DNA from: a virus
Direction: 5' to 3' (one strand)
Length of the DNA stretch: 64,000 bases
Virus record (IMG/VR): IMGVR_UViG_3300031857_000076
Location: 27,626 to 91,625 of that record
Part shown: piece by piece, positions 63,801-64,000 of the stretch
Position numbering within the stretch: the first letter of the stretch is position 1
Layout of the letters: every line of letters begins with the position of its first letter
Position numbers and translations under genes: made by a program
The notes under the pieces: generated by a model
Told to the model about the DNA's origin: nothing
Databases searched by the model: none
What the model saw: only the letters and a program-made list of their open reading frames with translations

Positions 63801-64000
63801 AGATTTGAAGTGGTTTATTAAATTCAATATTTGAAGTTTGAATTTCTAAAATTTTTGAAACTTCATCAGATTTTTTAATTAAATCTTTCACAACAGTATT
63901 TTCAAATACTTTTGATAAATCTAATTCTTCCAACCCACTAATTGAAGAGAAAGTGGTAGCTGCTTTAAAAATTCTAAAAACCTCTAATTGAGTTTCTTCT
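60865..64000 (-). CDS. tail tape measure protein (partial; frame open to right edge)
   Basis: Long helical/coiled-coil sequence; twice GG.I.GGS..RDDVPAML.GGE(Y/F)V; no stop in frame from 63933 to 64000. Confidence 0.82.
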   Translation of the reverse strand, partial: EETQLEVFRIFKAATTFSSISGLEELDLSKVFENTVVKDLIKKSDEVSKILEIQTSNIEFNKPLQIFKRTIENIIFQGAQDIEDASQDLQRRAKVISAITSSKSFATLGDSSKIAFEINSSLEQFNAEYNNKIKTFLNETQAALKDYLPELGIAQEKEEPIRKAFEAVGKATDQKGLAEALRDVVSQIQSAGVSLDNAKFQELKNKVISSTNAFSRLIKEQDNELAILQFNNQERILEAQAYDTYRNNLANFVDGIIESEKSLIKLRGEIERIDVDKETNIARRTSYAISSREALLIRQEEERKAFALKRPKELEANLQEKQIAAERDFFTKENIAELNRNTTALENLTSILAQDFIKKIDEAINFVNQSGYGLAGGAGGAVRGVPFPAGISNNQQLLDYYNNLKSAYSPLSTRSFNNQGGLQTGSEFVRQIVASIRQGNNLQTLQNEIQGFDLNQGAKDRLVEFARQVYESSQLQGATMDQTLETMEKRLKGELEINDLVNSYNGKLRDQLRSVVDSLNDPQTRGEFLLKQGVLTRGAKELSKRSEQEKRDYRSSFGYGFDEAMDKLRARTEDFRNQLGQEIPDLFSQNLAQGLNDAISGAKDLKTALTDAATAFFQEITRKNISNLADLATRGLGSLAQTGFGALGFASGGFIKGGSGTRDDVPAMLMGGEYVVKKSAVNKYGKGFFDAINSGRMRGYAAGGMVDPQTFPTQTGRGGFFTPGDYGQGAITGKNELLTFATQSFTGGQYDYMGGFGMGGATVSLEPESARLSAFGRENSPMFERVQQSKEEAFKVYLEGLQKEKEYAELLDQIAKNEKARKKQLQMAIISAVVSSALSYAGNKYFPQGSKEYSVLNNPGFRITRTTSQRPSQPMISGSGAASYLRVSNNTSALPLPTSTSGSSSTPILLPQRTAGGLISGGSNIRDDVPAMLTGGEFVLNNRATQRIGLQNLNRLNSGAPVSSEGSSPEMTQTLIAKLDELIQTTANSSKENVVVNVSTNEAGGQTTENPTGTERDLQKKIRQAVLDVIAQEKRLGGSLEKSR

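Noticed and set aside
1-64000. Stop-codon reassignment
   Set aside because: Conserved genes are full length and densely packed in the standard code; TAA, TAG and TGA all end genes
1-64000. Bacterial chromosome or eukaryotic giant-virus origin
   Set aside because: Lambda-like tail genes with sigma factors and DnaB/DnaG/DnaE, and no ribosomal or NCLDV core genes, indicate a tailed phage

Overview
Gene-dense, AT-rich segment of a large tailed dsDNA bacteriophage in the standard genetic code. No rRNA, tRNA, CRISPR array or integrase was seen. It contains: (i) a lambda-like non-contractile tail split into two distant blocks, gpL/gpK/gpI/gpJ/fibre on + at 7.6-16.8 kb and tape measure/gpM-like/accessory virion genes on - at 54-64 kb; (ii) a self-sufficient replication and nucleotide module (ThyX, dUTPase, dNMP kinase, NrdB/NrdA, SSB, RecA, DnaB, atypical DnaG, Cas4-like nuclease) with a Pol III alpha split into PHP, exonuclease and catalytic genes and interrupted by an antisense LAGLIDADG-AP2 endonuclease; (iii) two sigma factors and two recurring promoter classes that appear to give leaderless or near-leaderless mRNAs; (iv) an unusually large glycan toolkit: about 7 glycosyltransferases (one T4 BGT-like, one GT9 split over two genes), 3 sulfotransferases, GDP-mannose dehydratase, SemiSWEET, FkbM methyltransferase, cupin and a 2OG-Fe(II) oxygenase; (v) protein-modification and proteostasis enzymes (Cys phosphatase, mini-kinase, pseudokinase, SET domain, GNATs, Hsp20, ClpC-like ATPase). 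The best candidate for an undescribed system is a sulfated-glycan decoration pathway for Ser/Thr-Gly- and Pro-rich virion fibres. All calls rest on motifs recognised by eye; no database searches were run.
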